Source of the DNA: Octopus sinensis
Lineage: Eukaryota
DNA length: 52,618 bases
Direction: 5' to 3'
Assembly: GCF_006345805.1 (NCBI RefSeq)
Contig: NW_021833926.1
Span: 1-52,618 of the forward strand
A program made the position numbers and the translations under genes. This document shows positions 48,702-52,618 of this stretch, one piece after another. Positions within the stretch are counted from its first letter, which is position 1. The number at the start of each line of letters is the position of its first letter. The notes beneath the pieces were generated by a model that searched no databases, was not told the DNA's origin, and saw only the letters and a list, made by a program, of their open reading frames with translations.

Positions 48702-49320
48702 CATTGATATAATTATATATACATATAAATGTGTGTATATATAATATGTATGTATGTATGTATGTATGTTATCTATCTATCTATATATATATTATATATA
48801 TATTATATACATATAAATGTGTGTGTGTATATATATGTATGTATGTATCTATCTATCTATATATATATATATATGCAGATAGATAAGTAGATAGATAAAC
48901 AACATGCAGACATACATTTATATATTGTGTGTATGTATTGATATATATATTTTTATATATATTCATATTATATATATATATATATATAATATATATATAT
49001 TATATATATATGTATATATATTATATATATATAATATATATATATTATATACATGCATACCACACATATACATACACACACATATCACGCACACTCGCAC
49101 GCACACACAATACAAATACTACATATATACATATATCTTTATATATATATATATTATATTTATGTGTATGCACGCGTGTATGTATGTATGTATGTATATA
49201 TGTATGTATGTATCTATGCATGTATGTGTATATGTACGTATGTGTGCATGTATGCATGTATATATATATATGTGTGTGTGTGTGTACGTGTATGTATGTG
49301 TATGTACATATATACACCGT
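48490..49320. repeat. (TA)n/(TATG)n/(TCTA)n microsatellite cluster
   Basis: Direct reading; similar clusters lie at 50115-50345, 50520-50640 and 50860-51190. Confidence 0.9.
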
Positions 49321-50277
49321 AACATTCTCCACTAGGGTCCATGTTATCTTTCAACCCTTTAGGATTAAAAGAACGAATCGATATGATGTGGTACAATCGA
49401 TTCTTTCACAACTATACCGCTACTGTGTGAACATTGGCTTTGTACTTAGTCAAAAATCAATACAACTAAAACTTATTCTTGTTGCTGTCGTTGTCGCCGT
49501 CCTTCTTACTGTTTAGCCCCAGGCCTATGATCAAAGGCATTCTAGCCTTGTATATCCTGTTATTTATATTGATAATGTATCTAGAGTTGCTACATCATAG
49601 AAGTTATCCCCGCCTTTACTATGACACTGCAATAATATTTGAGGGAGTTTGGTTTTAGTTTTAACATGTCGAATGACCATGTAACGGCTTAGTAATATAT
49701 TACTAAGCGTGGTCCTTACTGATGCTAACAATGTATATTAGTCCAGGTCAGCAATGACTAAGCGTTCTGACCATGCCTTTCACATCGTTCTCAAGAGGAT
49801 TTACGTCAATTTAGAACTACATAAGCGGCAGTATATTAAGATACGCGGTAATTCTGGGTTTCTACATTGAGTAATCTGAACCACTCTTTTCAATGTTTTC
49901 AGTTTCAATGTGAAGAATATTTGCTCTTTCTCTCATTCCCGCTATTTCTAGCGTTTCTAACGTCTGTGTCGTGGCTTTTCTCTCATTGGCGCGTATTACT
50001 TAGAAATGTAAGTGTATTTACATATAAACTCACGTGTACTGCGAAAGCAAACTCAATTGCCCACCTGGTTGATGGCAAAAACTATAAAATTAACACTGTC
50101 TTAATGTGAAAGATTATTGCATGTGTGTGTGTAGATAGATAGATAGATACATACATACATACGTGCATGCATGCATACATACATACATACATACATACAT
50201 ACATACATACATACATACATACATACATACATACGTGTATATATATATATATATAAAGTTAATCCAAACAAGAAAGC

Positions 50278-50342
<65 letters not shown>

Positions 50343-50565
50343 TTCGGTTCTGCTGGATGTAAAGTTAAGGTATTTCCAGAGAAGCACTTATCCCAATGAG
50401 GCAATTTGTCAGGTGTAGAAAATCCAAGTTTCACGACGATCACACAGTAACGTGGGTTAGGCCTTATACTTCGAGTATTTACTCTTTGTCTTCATATTAT
50501 TATTTGGATATTATTATTTGGATATATATATATATAGATAGAATATATAATATATAGATAGATAT

Positions 50566-50635
<70 letters not shown>

Positions 50636-50949
50636 TATAAATTCAGCAGTTGCAAACGACATTAAATGTGACTAGGGTGTTAGGAAAAAACCGACATTGC
50701 TAGAAATAAGAGCTAAACCGCTCGGCACGTTTCTGACGATTATTGTCCATGTTAGTGTATGTTTTCATTCATGTGCGTTAACTACAGCATTAGAACGGTT
50801 TAGCTGTTATTTCTAGCAACGTAAGTGTTTCCTAACACCCTAGTCATATTTGGGCGACGTATATATATATATATATATAGAGATATAGAGAGAGAGGAGG
50901 AGAGAGAGAGATAGATAGATAGTAGATAGATAGATAGATAGATAGATAG

Positions 50950-50995
<46 letters not shown>

Positions 50996-51068
50996 GTAGG
51001 TAGATATATTCATATATATATTTATATTTATATATATTATCAATATACATATATGCATATATGTAGTG

Positions 51069-51103
<35 letters not shown>

Positions 51104-51106
51104 CTA

Positions 51107-51140
<34 letters not shown>

Positions 51141-51479
51141 TATACATACATAATGTGTGTATATGTATATATGTAAGCAAGTATGCATGTAGGTACCCTT
51201 CAATGTTTATGCGTTACAACTTTTTGCTTCACATCTCAACCTCCTGAGGTTCAATCACATAATGGACAATGAATAAAGTTCCAGTCATATACGTGGGTCT
51301 GATCAGTTGATAATGCATTTGATGCTTCATAGTTTTTTGTTCTGTTCATTCAACTTTGTCATTCATCCTTTCAGGAACACGATAAATAATTACTGGAATG
51401 AATGTTATCGGGTGTTTCATGTCCCTTACCTTAAATTAGCATGTATGTGGTAAAATTATCTTTGATATTTTTAGAGTGT

Positions 51480-51845
51480 TTAAGGTGATGAGTCGCTAGC
51501 ACAGAGGACAAAATGCTTACCAGTATTTCGTCGTCCGACTTAGCAGTATTTCGTCGTCCGCTTAGCGGTATTTCGTCGATCGCTTAGCGGAATTTCCTCG
51601 TCCGCTTAGCGGTATTTCGCCGTCCGACTTAGCAGTATTTCGTCGTCCGCTTAGCGGCATTTCGTCGTCCGCTTAGCGGTATTTCGTCGTCCGCTTAACG
51701 GTATTTCGTCCGTCTTCATGTTCTGAGTTCAAATCCCGACGAGGTAGACTTTGCGTTGGATCGATAAAATAAGTACCAGTCAAGTACTGGAGTCGATGTA
51801 ATCGACTAGCCCCCTACTCCAAAATTTCAGGCCTTGTGCCTATAA
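51480..51845 (+). mobile_element. SINE family A copy with an internal 22-bp tandem array (~9 units, 51521-51712)
   Basis: cttagcggtatttcgtcgtccg is repeated between the A-box-like and B-box (gagttcaaatccc) regions. Confidence 0.88.
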
Positions 51846-52154
51846 TAAAAAAATATTTTTACAGGGTTTCATTAATTGAAGGCAGTGTCAGAATTGGTAA
51901 AGCGTCGGACAAAATACCTTATGATATTTACTTATAACCCTTTAACTTCTGAGCTCAAATTCTAGGTCAGCATTGGCTTTTAGCCTTCTGGGATTATTAA
52001 CATAAACGAACACTCAGGCATTGAGAAAACGATTTAATCGACTAACCCTCTACACACACTACCACCAACACCCATTTAGGGCCTGGCGCCTATCTTTGTT
52101 GTTGTATTGTTGTCGTCGTCGTCATTGTTGTTGTTGTTGTGTTGTTGTTGTTAA

Positions 52155-52380
52155 GACGGAGAACTGACAGAATCGTTAGCAAGCCGGATGAAATGCTTAG
52201 CGATGTTTCGCCCGTTTGAGGTTCAAATTTCGCTGAAGTCGACTTTGACATTCATTCATTCGGGGGTCTTGAATACGTACATTTATGCACTGGGGTCATT
52301 TAAATAAGTACCAATTATGTACTGGCGTCGATGTAACCTCGTCCACCTAACTTGAGGCTTTATGCTCCCAGTAGAAAAGA
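52155..52380 (+). mobile_element. Diverged SINE family A copy
   Basis: gagaactgacagaatcgttagcaagccggatgaaatgcttagcg...gaggttcaaatttcgctgaagtcgactttg. Confidence 0.75.
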
Positions 52381-52386
52381 TCATTA

Positions 52387-52450
<64 letters not shown>

Positions 52451-52508
52451 GAGTGAGAGAGCAGTTCATGCCATCAAAGTGACACTGGGGTAAAATATAC
52501 GAAGCCCA
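52451..52508 (-). mobile_element. 3' end of the repeat seen at 100-626, with its (ATT)n tail at 52384-52450
   Basis: gagtgagagagcagttcatgccatcaaagtgacactggggtaaaatatacgaagccca is the reverse complement of 568-626. Confidence 0.8.
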
Positions 52509-52618
52509 ATTATATTATATATTATTATTATTAGTATATTATTATTATTACTAGCAGACCCCGTGCCGTCAATATTGAATGCTAATTGTAGTATTTTATA
52601 TATAAATAAGGTACATAA

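Noticed and set aside
584-51247. The many listed ORFs rich in YI, CV, HT, LS, poly-I, poly-N, poly-G or poly-L
   Set aside because: They are translations of microsatellites that happen to lack stops; there are no domain motifs or gene structure.
33635-51712. CRISPR-like appearance of the 32-bp, 184-bp and 22-bp arrays
   Set aside because: There is no repeat/unique-spacer alternation and no cas genes, and the context is eukaryotic.

Overview
Eukaryotic, repeat-dominated, apparently non-genic DNA. I infer an octopus or other coleoid cephalopod from the SINE families and the extreme (TA)n/(CA)n/(AAT)n/(GATA)n load; this is not shown directly. I found no host protein-coding gene, and almost all listed ORFs are microsatellite translations. 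The centrepiece (17561-23327) is a young Penelope-like retroelement (PLE; RT + Cys-rich linker + GIY-YIG endonuclease) present as two 5'-truncated copies joined head-to-head. They form a palindrome with ~2.76 kb arms whose two 3' ends both sit in (TA)n tracts. Its 3' UTR folds into a minimal type I hammerhead ribozyme with a compensatory U3:A8 core variant and a palindromic stem III. A second hammerhead-like pLTR fragment lies immediately to the left. Other fold-back structures occur at 7381-8111, 24420-24479 and 45170-46530. The remainder comprises modular tRNA-derived SINEs (one family with a variably iterated 184-bp module ending like the L1/Tx1-type LINE 3' end in this window), a pogo/Tc2-type internally deleted transposon retaining an HTH ORF, fossils of hAT, mariner, Tx1-like, L2/CR1-like and older PLE elements, a phased 32-bp minisatellite and many microsatellites. 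Boundaries of degraded elements are approximate, and all alignments were made by eye.
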